From Acinetobacter phage nACB2, in the sequence record OQ032512.1: a DNA stretch of 64,000 nucleotides, one strand, 5' to 3'. Positions 1 through 9,036 of this stretch are shown here, piece by piece. The notes beneath the pieces were generated by a model. It had not been told where the DNA came from. It did not search any database and was given only the letters and a program-made list of their open reading frames with translations. The translations under genes and the position numbers were made by a program. The first letter of the stretch is position 1. Each line of letters begins with the position of its first letter.

Positions 1-30
1 CTTTACTTTGTTCTAAAAATAAATTATAAT
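1..30 (+). promoter_or_regulatory. Early sigma70-type promoter (CTTTAC-N18-TATAAT) firing into the ORF-free 5' region
   Basis: ctttac at 1-6, 18-nt spacer, tataat at 25-30. Same architecture as eight other copies in the window. Confidence 0.5.
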
Positions 31-612
31 TCCTGAGTCGGTGAGACTTGTTACCCCATTTGTCAAATCCGATCCATATACGGCAATTTCCTTGTCACTG
101 TTATGGTTTGACATCCTAATAAGTTGAGGGGCAATAGCATAGTTCATAATGTGAACAATTGAATATAGCAATCCTACGGTCTGAGACCCTTGCAACAAGT
201 CTATATTCACTGAATGTTATTGTCTAAGGAGAGATGTTTGGAATATGTTACGTTGTAATGTTCATCTACAACCATTTACGCAATGTAACATCTGATATTT
301 GCATCTATAAAATTAAATATCGGGGTCATTCTCAAGTTGAGTAATTCTACTGAGAGTGCTTTCACAATGTGAAAGATGAGATACAGTCAGAGATTGAACG
401 ACGATATTGATATAATGAAGAAATAAGGAATCATCATTATTGATTATCTGAGACTGTATGAGGTTGGTTCCTCAAGGGTACTGAGTATCATAATTGGTTT
501 TTATCAATTATTCCTAATGGTTAGGGTATCGTTTATCTAAATTGCTGAGAATATAATTGTCTGAGTTATTTGATGGAATGGTATGAGAAAGGGGTGATGC
601 TATGTTTGCGAC

Positions 613-628
613 AACAAAAGTGGGGTGC
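613..628. repeat. Perfect hairpin GGGTGC-tcc-GCACCC
   Basis: Inverted repeat read directly from the sequence, in an ORF-free region. Confidence 0.5.
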
Positions 629-760
629 TCCGCACCCGAGTAATGCGAGCGAAGCGAGTATTACGAGGTTCAAAATTACATTTCCTGAGTCCTGTTCCTC
701 TTATAAATTATTTTAGAAATATAACAAAAATCAATTGACTAAATAATAGTGTACAGGCGG

Positions 761-844
761 TATAACAGTTACAATAAAACAACTCCTAATAATAATTCTT
801 AAAGTAAATGAAAGAGTTGATAATACTGATTATACCGCCTGTAC
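761..844. repeat. 15-bp inverted repeat GTACAGGCGGTATAA / TTATACCGCCTGTAC with a 54-nt AT-rich spacer
   Basis: Read directly from the sequence. No ORF of 60 aa or more in any frame between 211 and 1102. Confidence 0.5.
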
Positions 845-1102
845 ATCCCCAATCATACCATATTTTTATCTAGTCCCATATAGTAGTCTAGCTGTACGAT
901 TTTTACACTCTAAGAGCTTGTAATAGACAAGGATTGAGAATCTAATTTTATATTTTAATGTTCATTCATTTAAGAATCTAAAAGTTCATCCATTGAGAAA
1001 CAATTTTATTTGATTTATTACATTATAATAAAACCGTAGTATGATTTATCCCGTAATCATTCAACCTTTTTAGTTTCACTGTTAAAGGTTTATTTTGTTT
1101 CT

Positions 1103-1810
1103 TTGGAGAAACCAATGTCTGTATCATCTATTGTTCTGTCTAAGAACACGCTGTCTATTCTTAAAGTAGCTGCACAAATTAACACTTCTATCCTGTTTAA
1201 ACCAGGTCAAGAGATTAAAACTGCCACTGAAAACGGCGTTATCATGCTTCATGCAGTTATTGATGAAACATGGCCACGTGAATTTGCTGTATATGAATTG
1301 AACCGTCTACTGCAGGTGCTAAACCAATCTGCGATGACAGGAGCTTCTCTTAACTTTACAGACGGTAAAGAATATGTAGAAGTGAAATCAAGCAATGCTA
1401 AAGTTCGCTATAACTTCAGCGATGCTTCAATGATCAGCTATCGTGATAAAGCCATTGTAATTGACCCTAAAGATGTCAACCTTTCATTTGTTATCTCAGA
1501 ACAAACTATTGCTGACGTACGCAAAATGGCGGGTGTGTTGGGTCACACGCATATCAAATTTAAAGTAGAAAACAACGCGATTAAAATGATCACTAACAAT
1601 CCTACTTTAGATCAGTCATCAAATGAATTTACTGTAGACATTGACACACCTGAAGGTGAAACGTATGTGGACGGCGAATACTCTATTAAAATTGAAAACA
1701 TGATTCTTATTGACGGCGCGTATCGCATTACAATTTTCAAAGGCTTAGCAGCTCAGTTTGAGCATCAGGTGCTAAATGCTCGCATCTTCTTTGGTCTAGA
1801 ACGCAAATAA
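1103..1810 (+). CDS. 45: DNA polymerase sliding clamp (T4 gp45 family)
   Basis: 235 aa, length and N-terminal region like T4 gp45. Followed by gp44, gp62 and regA in conserved T4 order. GGAG Shine-Dalgarno upstream. Confidence 0.8.
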   Translation: MEKPMSVSSIVLSKNTLSILKVAAQINTSILFKPGQEIKTATENGVIMLHAVIDETWPREFAVYELNRLLQVLNQSAMTGASLNFTDGKEYVEVKSSNAKVRYNFSDASMISYRDKAIVIDPKDVNLSFVISEQTIADVRKMAGVLGHTHIKFKVENNAIKMITNNPTLDQSSNEFTVDIDTPEGETYVDGEYSIKIENMILIDGAYRITIFKGLAAQFEHQVLNARIFFGLERK

Positions 1811-1821
1811 AACAAATTAGT

Positions 1822-1850
1822 CAAGGGAGGTATTCTCCCTTGATTTTTAT
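1822..1850 (+). terminator. Intrinsic terminator hairpin caagggag/ctcccttg followed by ATTTTTATACT
   Basis: 8-bp stem, 5-nt loop, T-tract. Confidence 0.6.
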
Positions 1851-1921
1851 ACTCTTGTAGTTTTTACATTATACTACCGTATTACTGATACATCAACATA
1901 TTTTACTTTAAGGACAATACC

Positions 1922-2890
1922 ATGTCAACAGTTGTAGCTGCAAATCCTGAACATTTTCTTTGGTGTGAAAAATATCGCCCTGACACTTTAGAGCAAACCA
2001 TCTTGCCAGCTTCATTTAAAGCTGCACTACAAAAAAGTGTTCAAGATGCTAAGATGCCTTCTTTCATCTTCTTTTCTCCAAGTCCTGGTACTGGTAAGAC
2101 AACTACAGCTTTAGCTCTGTGTCATGACCTGAAATGCGAAAAGTTGTTCATCAATGGTTCTACAGACAACTCTATTGACACCATTCGTAACTTGGTTACT
2201 CAGTTTGCTACCACTGCCTCTTTATTCTCAGATGCGCCTATCAAAGTAGTTGTACTAGACGAGGCAGACCGTTTATCACCAGCTGCTCAAGACGGTTTGA
2301 AAGCCCTGATTGAAGAAGTATCTAAAAACTGTTCATTCATTTTAACTTGTAACAACAAAGCGCGTCTCATTGATCCATTGCGCTCACGCTGTACAGAAAT
2401 TGATTTCATCTACACCAAAGAACAGCAGGTGGAATTAGCAACCTTGATGCTAAAACGCGTGATTGAAATTCTTAAATTAGAAGGCATTGAGCATGACGTA
2501 AAAACTCTAGCTGCCTTAACAAAAGCGTGTGTGCCTGATAACCGTAAATTGATTCATACTGTTCAAGAATACGTGCGTCAATACGGTAAAGTGGACGCTG
2601 GTGTATTAGCTCTACATAATTCACGCGATACCAAAGTGTTCGTAGACATTCTACGCGCTAAAAACTTCGACCCTGCTCTTAAATGGTGTCTAGACAATTC
2701 AGATGCGATCGGCGATGACTTCTACCGTTTCATCTATGATTCTCTGAAAGATGATCTAACAGATCAATCTCGTGCTCAGATCATTATTACTCTGAATGAT
2801 TACCAACGTCATCATGCCACCGTTCCAGACCGCTTCTTACATTTAAGCGCTATGGCTACTCAAATCATGATGGAATCGCAGTTTAAATAA
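1922..2890 (+). CDS. 44: Clamp loader large subunit (T4 gp44, AAA+)
   Basis: Walker A SPSPGTGKTT, Walker B VVLDEADR, sensor SRC. Clear similarity to T4 gp44. Confidence 0.85.
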   Translation: MSTVVAANPEHFLWCEKYRPDTLEQTILPASFKAALQKSVQDAKMPSFIFFSPSPGTGKTTTALALCHDLKCEKLFINGSTDNSIDTIRNLVTQFATTASLFSDAPIKVVVLDEADRLSPAAQDGLKALIEEVSKNCSFILTCNNKARLIDPLRSRCTEIDFIYTKEQQVELATLMLKRVIEILKLEGIEHDVKTLAALTKACVPDNRKLIHTVQEYVRQYGKVDAGVLALHNSRDTKVFVDILRAKNFDPALKWCLDNSDAIGDDFYRFIYDSLKDDLTDQSRAQIIITLNDYQRHHATVPDRFLHLSAMATQIMMESQFK

Positions 2891-2994
2891 TGGGTTGCTG
2901 GTACGCCTGTCTCAAGTGCCCTTGTGTATGGGTGTTTTACCAACTTGTAGATGGGCGTTGTCCTATTTGTAAAGGTAATGTGAAGGAGATATAG

Positions 2995-3429
2995 ATGATG
3001 ACCTCTGAAGTCGCAGCTAGTAAAGAGAAAAAATTTGGATTGTTTGATATTCTGAACAATATCAATTCTGGAAAGGATCGCAGCCTATTCTTTCAATCAA
3101 ATTATGAAAAGGAATACAACCCTTTCATGATCAATCGTTCTTTGATGCAGAATCAACGTACAATTATGATTGCTCAGGCAGCTAATCAGGCGGTATTGAT
3201 TGATAAAGAAATGCATCATGATTATATGATGTCAACCATCAAAAAGAACAACTCTCGCGCCAAATGGAAAAAGCGAGATGACAAAAGTGAATACCTTGAA
3301 TGCGTGAAGCAATTCTATAAGGTAAACGAAAAAGTTGCTTTACAATACTTGAAAATCCTTACGATTGACGAATGTAAGGTATTATTAAAAAAGTTTGATA
3401 AAGGCGGTAAAGCTGGACGTGGTAAATGA
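2995..3429 (+). CDS. 62: Probable clamp loader small subunit (gp62 position)
   Basis: Called only by synteny between gp44 and regA. The sequence is divergent. Confidence 0.4.
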   Translation: MMTSEVAASKEKKFGLFDILNNINSGKDRSLFFQSNYEKEYNPFMINRSLMQNQRTIMIAQAANQAVLIDKEMHHDYMMSTIKKNNSRAKWKKRDDKSEYLECVKQFYKVNEKVALQYLKILTIDECKVLLKKFDKGGKAGRGK

Positions 3430-3430
3430 T

Positions 3431-3892
3431 ATGAAAAAATTAGCAGACATTCTTGTAGAACGACCATTGGGTGCAGATATTCTTCCGTACTGCGTGGAGA
3501 TTAACCCTGAAGTTGACGGCAACAATAACTTCAACCGCATTCGTGAAACGTTGAAACGCGTTGGTATTCAAAGCGCTTCTCATTCTAACACACTAAATCA
3601 ATCATGTCATATTTTCTTCCATGAAGGCAAATATTACTTGATGCACTTCTTGATGATGTTTATGTTTGATGGTCATCAGTCTAAACTAGATGAAGATGAC
3701 ATCAAGCGCACTCAATGTGTAGCCTATATGTTAGAGCAATGGGGATTATGCACCATTGTTAATAAAGAAGTTCTTGAAAAACCAAGTGAAGAACGTTTTA
3801 TGCACGGTCTGCGCGTAGTCAAATATCGTGATTCTAACAACTGGACATTCCGTTCTATTTACAAAATGCGCAAGGAAACGCCTAATGGCTGA
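3431..3892 (+). CDS. regA: RegA translational repressor
   Basis: RETLKRVGI...QSCHIFFHEGKYYLMHF...DGHQ...EDD...WGLCTIV aligns with T4 RegA. ATG at 3431 is in frame with the track ORF 3395..3892. Confidence 0.75.
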   Translation: MKKLADILVERPLGADILPYCVEINPEVDGNNNFNRIRETLKRVGIQSASHSNTLNQSCHIFFHEGKYYLMHFLMMFMFDGHQSKLDEDDIKRTQCVAYMLEQWGLCTIVNKEVLEKPSEERFMHGLRVVKYRDSNNWTFRSIYKMRKETPNG

Positions 3893-4778
3893 TTTATATC
3901 AACCGTTGTTACCACGATGGTTAAACTATTGCCACGCCATGGTCACTACGCTTGATTTAGACCCTGTCTATAGTGGCATGCGCGGTGCGTTCTTGTCTCA
4001 AGAGATAACAAGAGACCAATTCGACAACTTCATGGTTAGCTTCGCTCTTTTATATTCTTTAGAAGAAAGCTGTAAGATTGTTGAGATGAATCTTCCTACA
4101 AATGAATTGTGGAAGTATCTCATTGATAACTATGAGACATTGAAGCGCGGACGAGCAAGACGGTTCTTCCGTGAAAAGAAGGGAATGAACTGTCTCAACT
4201 ATCTTGTTGAACATTTTGAAACTTCTACTCAGTTTATTGAAGAAATGTATGATCCATGTTATGAAAAGATGGCTGAGAAGTTTGCTAAAGTTCCATCTTT
4301 TGGTCCATACTTCACTTGGAAGTGGTTAGATTTATATGACCGCGTATACGGTATGGAGTGTAAAATCACTCTAGACTACGCCGTACAAAATCTACCAGGA
4401 GCTCCGATCAAAGGCGCTAAACTAGTGTCTTCAGAACTTTGGCCAGAAGATGAGTTTGAACTCAAACGCGTTCTACAGCATATGATTCAAGAATGTCAAC
4501 GCGTTGGTCTTATGGCACCACCTTCGCTAGACCGTTTGGTAGACATTCAAGAGATTGAGACGTGTTTATGCGGCATTGTACATATGTACAAAGGCACACA
4601 TGTTGATAAAATAGGTAAAGACTTGAGAAGCAAGTATGAAGAGGTCTATAAAGTGGGTAAAACCGCTGGTTGGCTTTTGAAACACATGCCGAGACCTCTA
4701 CCTCATGACATTGAATTTAATGATCCGTACCTGAAAGTTGAAGATTCGTCTTCATCATTCAACCTATTAGACCTGTAG
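3885..4778 (+). CDS. Hypothetical ~300-aa protein, paralog A of 7991..8956; candidate DNA base-modification enzyme (aGPT-Pplase-like?)
   Basis: Shared motif block FGPYFTWKWLDLYD versus WGGFMAYELVTDL. Lies in the hydroxymethylase/kinase neighbourhood. Start taken at MADLYQPLL. Confidence 0.35.
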   Translation: MADLYQPLLPRWLNYCHAMVTTLDLDPVYSGMRGAFLSQEITRDQFDNFMVSFALLYSLEESCKIVEMNLPTNELWKYLIDNYETLKRGRARRFFREKKGMNCLNYLVEHFETSTQFIEEMYDPCYEKMAEKFAKVPSFGPYFTWKWLDLYDRVYGMECKITLDYAVQNLPGAPIKGAKLVSSELWPEDEFELKRVLQHMIQECQRVGLMAPPSLDRLVDIQEIETCLCGIVHMYKGTHVDKIGKDLRSKYEEVYKVGKTAGWLLKHMPRPLPHDIEFNDPYLKVEDSSSSFNLLDL

Positions 4779-4833
4779 ATTATAGGGATAAGACTTGAAG
4801 AAGAAAATATTTCGGAAAAAGTTAAAATTTTTC

Positions 4834-4863
4834 CTTTACTTCTTCAAGTAATAATTCAATAAT
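4834..4863 (+). promoter_or_regulatory. Early promoter CTTTAC-N18-AATAAT (weaker -10)
   Basis: Same architecture as the other early promoters. Confidence 0.35.
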
Positions 4864-4939
4864 AGTAATCATGAAAGGCAAGGTACAAAATCAAAACCAA
4901 GCCTCAATTGATAAATTAACGCTCAACGGAGTAAACCAA

Positions 4940-5635
4940 ATGAAAGCTATTCTTAAACACATCGCGGATTCAACTGTAACTGTTACAATCGACAACCTTA
5001 CTCTTGAAACTTCTAAAGAAGTTGCTAAGACTCTACGTGTAGATAACTCACTAGATATTACTGCTGCGACATTAAATCGCATCATCAAAAACAAAAAATC
5101 TTCTGCTGGTTTCAACCTTGAAGTTGACGGCGAAATGTACCCTTGGTCAGACCGCGATATCAAAGTATTCGGTATCACAGAAGCAATTCAACCTTCTTTC
5201 GAAAATATCTCTCAAATCGTAGCTGAAGAAGCAGTACAACCAGTTGTTGAAGCTGTAGCTGCGGTAGCTGAAGTTATTGTAGAAAAAGAAGAAACTGAAG
5301 ATGCAGATGATCTTACAGCTGGAGAAGGCGTGAACTGGATGCGTCGTAACCCTAAAGGTCCTCAAGAACTTCTGAAAGTTCGTAAAAGCTCAAAAGTTTG
5401 GGAAATTATTGTAGCTCTCAAAAAACGCCGTATGACTCTCAAAGAATTACAAGAAACGTTATATGCTGTTGGTCTTGATGAAGATCAGATTGATGATTAC
5501 AAAGTTATTCAAGCAATGTATGATGTTATGTGGAAAGGTTACAACATCGCTAAAATTACATGTGCAGACGGTGAAGTGCGCTACGCTATCCGTACACTAG
5601 ACTTCAAAAAAGTTGACTCAATCTTAACTTACTAA
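4940..5635 (+). CDS. Hypothetical early protein with an acidic central linker
   Basis: Start chosen at the ATG preceded by the conserved leader CTCAACGGAGTAAACCAA. Confidence 0.5.
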   Translation: MKAILKHIADSTVTVTIDNLTLETSKEVAKTLRVDNSLDITAATLNRIIKNKKSSAGFNLEVDGEMYPWSDRDIKVFGITEAIQPSFENISQIVAEEAVQPVVEAVAAVAEVIVEKEETEDADDLTAGEGVNWMRRNPKGPQELLKVRKSSKVWEIIVALKKRRMTLKELQETLYAVGLDEDQIDDYKVIQAMYDVMWKGYNIAKITCADGEVRYAIRTLDFKKVDSILTY

Positions 5636-5648
5636 TAAACCCATACGG

Positions 5649-5688
5649 AGGGGCGTGAAGTCCCTCAACTTTTATACTACCTTGAGGG
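5649..5688 (+). terminator. Hairpin gaggg/ccctc plus a mutually exclusive ccctcaa/ttgaggg hairpin enclosing TTTTATACTACC
   Basis: Two mutually exclusive stems can be drawn. The T-rich motif is shared with sites at 1843-1853 and 7237-7249. Confidence 0.45.
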
Positions 5689-5695
5689 TTCCGAG

Positions 5696-6043
5696 ATGGA
5701 AATTTTGAATATTGTTGTTTTGGTTGTTTCTTCTTTTTTAATTCTAGTTGGTCTTTTGACTCTTGTATCTTGCTACAAAGAGCGCAAACGCAATAAATAC
5801 CTCACAGAATATAAAGCGCTACAAGAATTGAAGCCTAAACTGGACTACTTCAACATCAAATTGATCGAAGTGTCTGAAGGTCAATACAAATTTGTACAGT
5901 GTGCAAAATCAGGTAAACCAGTTTTCCAAATTCGCAAGCGCGGTAAAGGTGTAGACTTTGTGAAAATGGTTCCAGAATTCCAAGAACACAAAAAGGATGT
6001 TATGTCTGCTAGTCATCTAAACAAGGTGCTTCACGCGAGTTGA
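5696..6043 (+). CDS. Small membrane protein (N-terminal TM helix, basic C-terminus)
   Basis: Hydrophobic N-terminus LNIVVLVVSSFLILVGLLTLV. Confidence 0.5.
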   Translation: MEILNIVVLVVSSFLILVGLLTLVSCYKERKRNKYLTEYKALQELKPKLDYFNIKLIEVSEGQYKFVQCAKSGKPVFQIRKRGKGVDFVKMVPEFQEHKKDVMSASHLNKVLHAS

Positions 6044-6078
6044 TTTTATAAAAAACTTCGAAAAAGTTATATAATACA

Positions 6079-6108
6079 CTTTACTTATGCGGCGAAGTGT
6101 ATTATAAT
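6079..6108 (+). promoter_or_regulatory. Early promoter CTTTAC-N18-TATAAT
   Basis: ctttac 6079-6084, tataat 6103-6108. Confidence 0.55.
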
Positions 6109-6150
6109 TTCTATCATAAGTTCAATATCAACTCAACGGAGTTAACCAAA

Positions 6151-7203
6151 ATGACTATCCACGCTTTTATCTCTTCAGCTTCTTATTTCAATCGTGAAAT
6201 TTCTGGTCAATATGTTGTGGCTGCTAAAGAGCCTAAAGATTCAGAGTGTAAACGAGACTTCTACCTTCGTATTATCCACCCAGATACTCAAAAAGAGTTT
6301 GGTGTACATATCTTTGCAAAAGATGTTATTTTCAAAGATGAAAACGCAAAGACAATCGAACTTCCTTTTGGGCGCGTTCAGAATAAAGGCGCTGAAGACA
6401 ACTCTGTTAGTCAACCAGTTGCTAATCCTATTGTAGAATTGACAGACGAAGAGCTGGATCTATTGATCTACAAGCGCTTCGAGATTATGTCCATGTTGTC
6501 TGATTCTCTGATCAATGGTCATACTCGTTCTTTGATTATTTCTGGCGCTCCTGGTATTTCTAAGACATATACTCTAGAATCTAAGTTGAACGCTGCTCTA
6601 GAAGAATCTTCAATTGAATCATTTGTGCATCTCAAGGGTCGTATCACACCTTTACAACTATTTGTGAAGTTGTTTGAAAATAAAGATGAAGGGCAAGTGT
6701 TATTAATCGATGACGTCAACTTATGGGGTGAAGAGAATTCTGTAGAGATTTTAAAAGCTGCTCTAGACACAGGCGCAAAACGTGAGATCACTTGGGCTTC
6801 TACACTTAAATGGTTGGAAGAGAATGAGATTCCGCAGACATTTGAGTTCAACGGCTCAGTATGTTTCATCACCAATATTGACTTTGACCGAGAAATTAGT
6901 AAGAATAATTCTCAGTCTGTACATCTGAAGGCGTTGATCTCAAGAGCCAACTACCTAGACCTAAAAGTACACTCAAATCGAGAGATTTTAATACGCATCA
7001 AACAGATTGTCAGAGACTCTGAAATTTTGTCTAAAAACGGTCTTAGTCCAGAGCAGGGTGCTCTAATGATCGAATGGTTAGAAAATAACGTGGATAAGTT
7101 GCGTGAAATGTCTCTGCGTACTGTATTGAAGATTGCTTCCTATATGAATACATCCATGGAAGAGTGGGAAACAATTTCTGCCGTCATGTTATTAAAGAAA
7201 TAA
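6151..7203 (+). CDS. P-loop NTPase (Walker A GAPGISKT, Walker B VLLIDD); AAA-like ATPase or candidate DNA 5-hmdU kinase
   Basis: Motifs read from the translation. Start set at the ATG after the conserved leader, not at the track start 6097. Confidence 0.5.
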   Translation: MTIHAFISSASYFNREISGQYVVAAKEPKDSECKRDFYLRIIHPDTQKEFGVHIFAKDVIFKDENAKTIELPFGRVQNKGAEDNSVSQPVANPIVELTDEELDLLIYKRFEIMSMLSDSLINGHTRSLIISGAPGISKTYTLESKLNAALEESSIESFVHLKGRITPLQLFVKLFENKDEGQVLLIDDVNLWGEENSVEILKAALDTGAKREITWASTLKWLEENEIPQTFEFNGSVCFITNIDFDREISKNNSQSVHLKALISRANYLDLKVHSNREILIRIKQIVRDSEILSKNGLSPEQGALMIEWLENNVDKLREMSLRTVLKIASYMNTSMEEWETISAVMLLKK

Positions 7204-7216
7204 GCTACGAGGCGTT

Positions 7217-7249
7217 GAGTGGGCGCTTTCCCACTCATTTTATACTACC
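7217..7249 (+). terminator. Terminator hairpin gagtggg/cccactc followed by ATTTTATACTACC
   Basis: 7-bp stem plus T-tract. Confidence 0.55.
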
Positions 7250-7267
7250 ATCCGAAGGATAAACATT

Positions 7268-7966
7268 ATGCATATCTCAGCTAAATTGAATGCTATGGAA
7301 AAACGAACAATGAGTCAAGTGGACTCTTCAATTGAAGCTATGCGCCAAATATGTTACGCTATAGATAACAATATGGCTTCAGACCTTGTATTGAAAGACA
7401 AAAATATTTCCCTTTTTCGCTGGGTGAATGAAGGCGGAGAAAGTAAGGTCATGAAAATGCTGGGCGATGATAAGATACAGGTTGGTAATGTATTTTCTAC
7501 GCGGTCTAGAGTTATTGTACACGGCGTGAATTGTATGGGTGTAATGGGTGCAGGTATAGCTGCACAGATACGTAGAAACTTTCCAAAAGCACATAGTGAA
7601 TACATTAAGTTTATCAACGAGTGTCGTATTAAACAAGAGTCTCCGTTGGGTAAAGCTCAGTTTGTTGATGTCGGTGGCGGAAATTACATTGTTAACGCCT
7701 TTACCCAAGAGAAAACAGCTAAAAAACAAGGAGATGTGGCCATCTCTTACAGCGCAATATTAATGTGTATGGAAGAGATTAAAGAGACCTGCTACTGTCT
7801 AGGTATTGACCGAATCGCTATGCCTAAAATTGGTTCTGATTTAGGTGGCGGAGATTGGAATATTATACGTTCAATCGTCAACGCTGTTTTTAATGATAGT
7901 CGCGTAGAGGTTACAGTATATGTTCTGCCGTCTACCTTTTTGAAGAATACAGGCACTAAGTTTTAA
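7268..7966 (+). CDS. Macro-domain protein (ADP-ribose binding/hydrolase family)
   Basis: VIVHGVNCMGVMGAGIAAQI matches the macro-domain nucleotide-binding motif (VNAAN...GGGV.GAI). Confidence 0.6.
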   Translation: MHISAKLNAMEKRTMSQVDSSIEAMRQICYAIDNNMASDLVLKDKNISLFRWVNEGGESKVMKMLGDDKIQVGNVFSTRSRVIVHGVNCMGVMGAGIAAQIRRNFPKAHSEYIKFINECRIKQESPLGKAQFVDVGGGNYIVNAFTQEKTAKKQGDVAISYSAILMCMEEIKETCYCLGIDRIAMPKIGSDLGGGDWNIIRSIVNAVFNDSRVEVTVYVLPSTFLKNTGTKF

Positions 7967-7990
7967 AAATCGGGTTTTGGAACATCGCAG

Positions 7991-8956
7991 ATGAATAACA
8001 AACATCTTATAGACATCAAACATGAATATGATTTCGACTTAGGATGGATTCTATATTTTATTGCTGAACGTCAGAGCATAATGCTAAAGAAAAACTCAGG
8101 TCTTCCAAAGTTTGAATGGACTGAAGATGCAATTTTTTCTGAATATCGTTTTTGTAACGTAGATCGAGAAGATGATAGAGTCACCACTTGGTTGAGAGAC
8201 AATATTCGAGAACCATTTGCAGATCACCCCGACCTTTGGCTGATGTTAGCTTTATCTAGATGGATCAACTGGCCACCTATGATTGAAGAATTGGCGAAAA
8301 GTAAATACTGGTTCGGAAAGCCTGAATTTAGTCTTCAAGGTCTAGCGGATACCATGCTTGAACGTCATAAACGCGGTGAAAAGGTGTATACCGCTTCTTA
8401 TATGATCAATACAGAAGGGGATAAGACATCTCCGTATCGCAACAAAACAAAACATGAATTTGTATGTTGTAAAGTGGTGGGTCAACTAATGGCTGATCGA
8501 GACCGTATTGAGAAAGAACTCAGTAGACCAAAATACACTCTAGAAGAAGCTTGTAATCTATTCCAAGAATACTCAAATTGGGGTGGGTTTATGGCTTACG
8601 AATTGGTTACTGATTTGAATCATACGCGGTATCTAGAGAATGCGCCTGATCGTTACACTTGGAGCAATCAAGGTATAGGCGCAAATCGTGGTATGAACCG
8701 ATTGACTGGAGAAACCAAACTTGAGAAAAATTGGGGTCAAGAAGTATGGAATGAATATAGCTTGAAAGTTATCAATGCCGTGCATAAGGCATACGATGAA
8801 GGTTTGATTCCTAATCACCTAATCTCCAAGTCTCAGATAGATGCTAGATGTATCGAGTCAGCTCATTGCGAGATGGACAAATATCTGAGAGTGAAGACTG
8901 GAGAAGGTCGTCCAAGATCAAAATACAATACCCACTCGAAATTTTACGCAGTATAA
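7991..8956 (+). CDS. Hypothetical ~320-aa protein, paralog B of 3885..4778
   Basis: Shared motif block with 3885..4778. Confidence 0.35.
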   Translation: MNNKHLIDIKHEYDFDLGWILYFIAERQSIMLKKNSGLPKFEWTEDAIFSEYRFCNVDREDDRVTTWLRDNIREPFADHPDLWLMLALSRWINWPPMIEELAKSKYWFGKPEFSLQGLADTMLERHKRGEKVYTASYMINTEGDKTSPYRNKTKHEFVCCKVVGQLMADRDRIEKELSRPKYTLEEACNLFQEYSNWGGFMAYELVTDLNHTRYLENAPDRYTWSNQGIGANRGMNRLTGETKLEKNWGQEVWNEYSLKVINAVHKAYDEGLIPNHLISKSQIDARCIESAHCEMDKYLRVKTGEGRPRSKYNTHSKFYAV

Positions 8957-9036
8957 TAAATCTATTTGATTATTACAGATAGTACACCTAATACATTATA
9001 ATATTAGGTGTCAAATGTTTGCTCTAGGAGAAAAAG

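Noticed and set aside
13-210. 65-aa - strand ORF at the window edge
   Set aside because: No RBS or promoter. It overlaps the promoter and leader region and has low-complexity composition, so it is likely chance.
4891-7729. Antisense or overlapping six-frame ORFs inside confidently assigned genes (4891..5178, 5147..5365, 6194..6436, 6519..6875, 7354..7617, 7379..7729, and similar ones across the window)
   Set aside because: They lie within or opposite genes with clear homology or signals. Their composition is atypical and they have no RBS.
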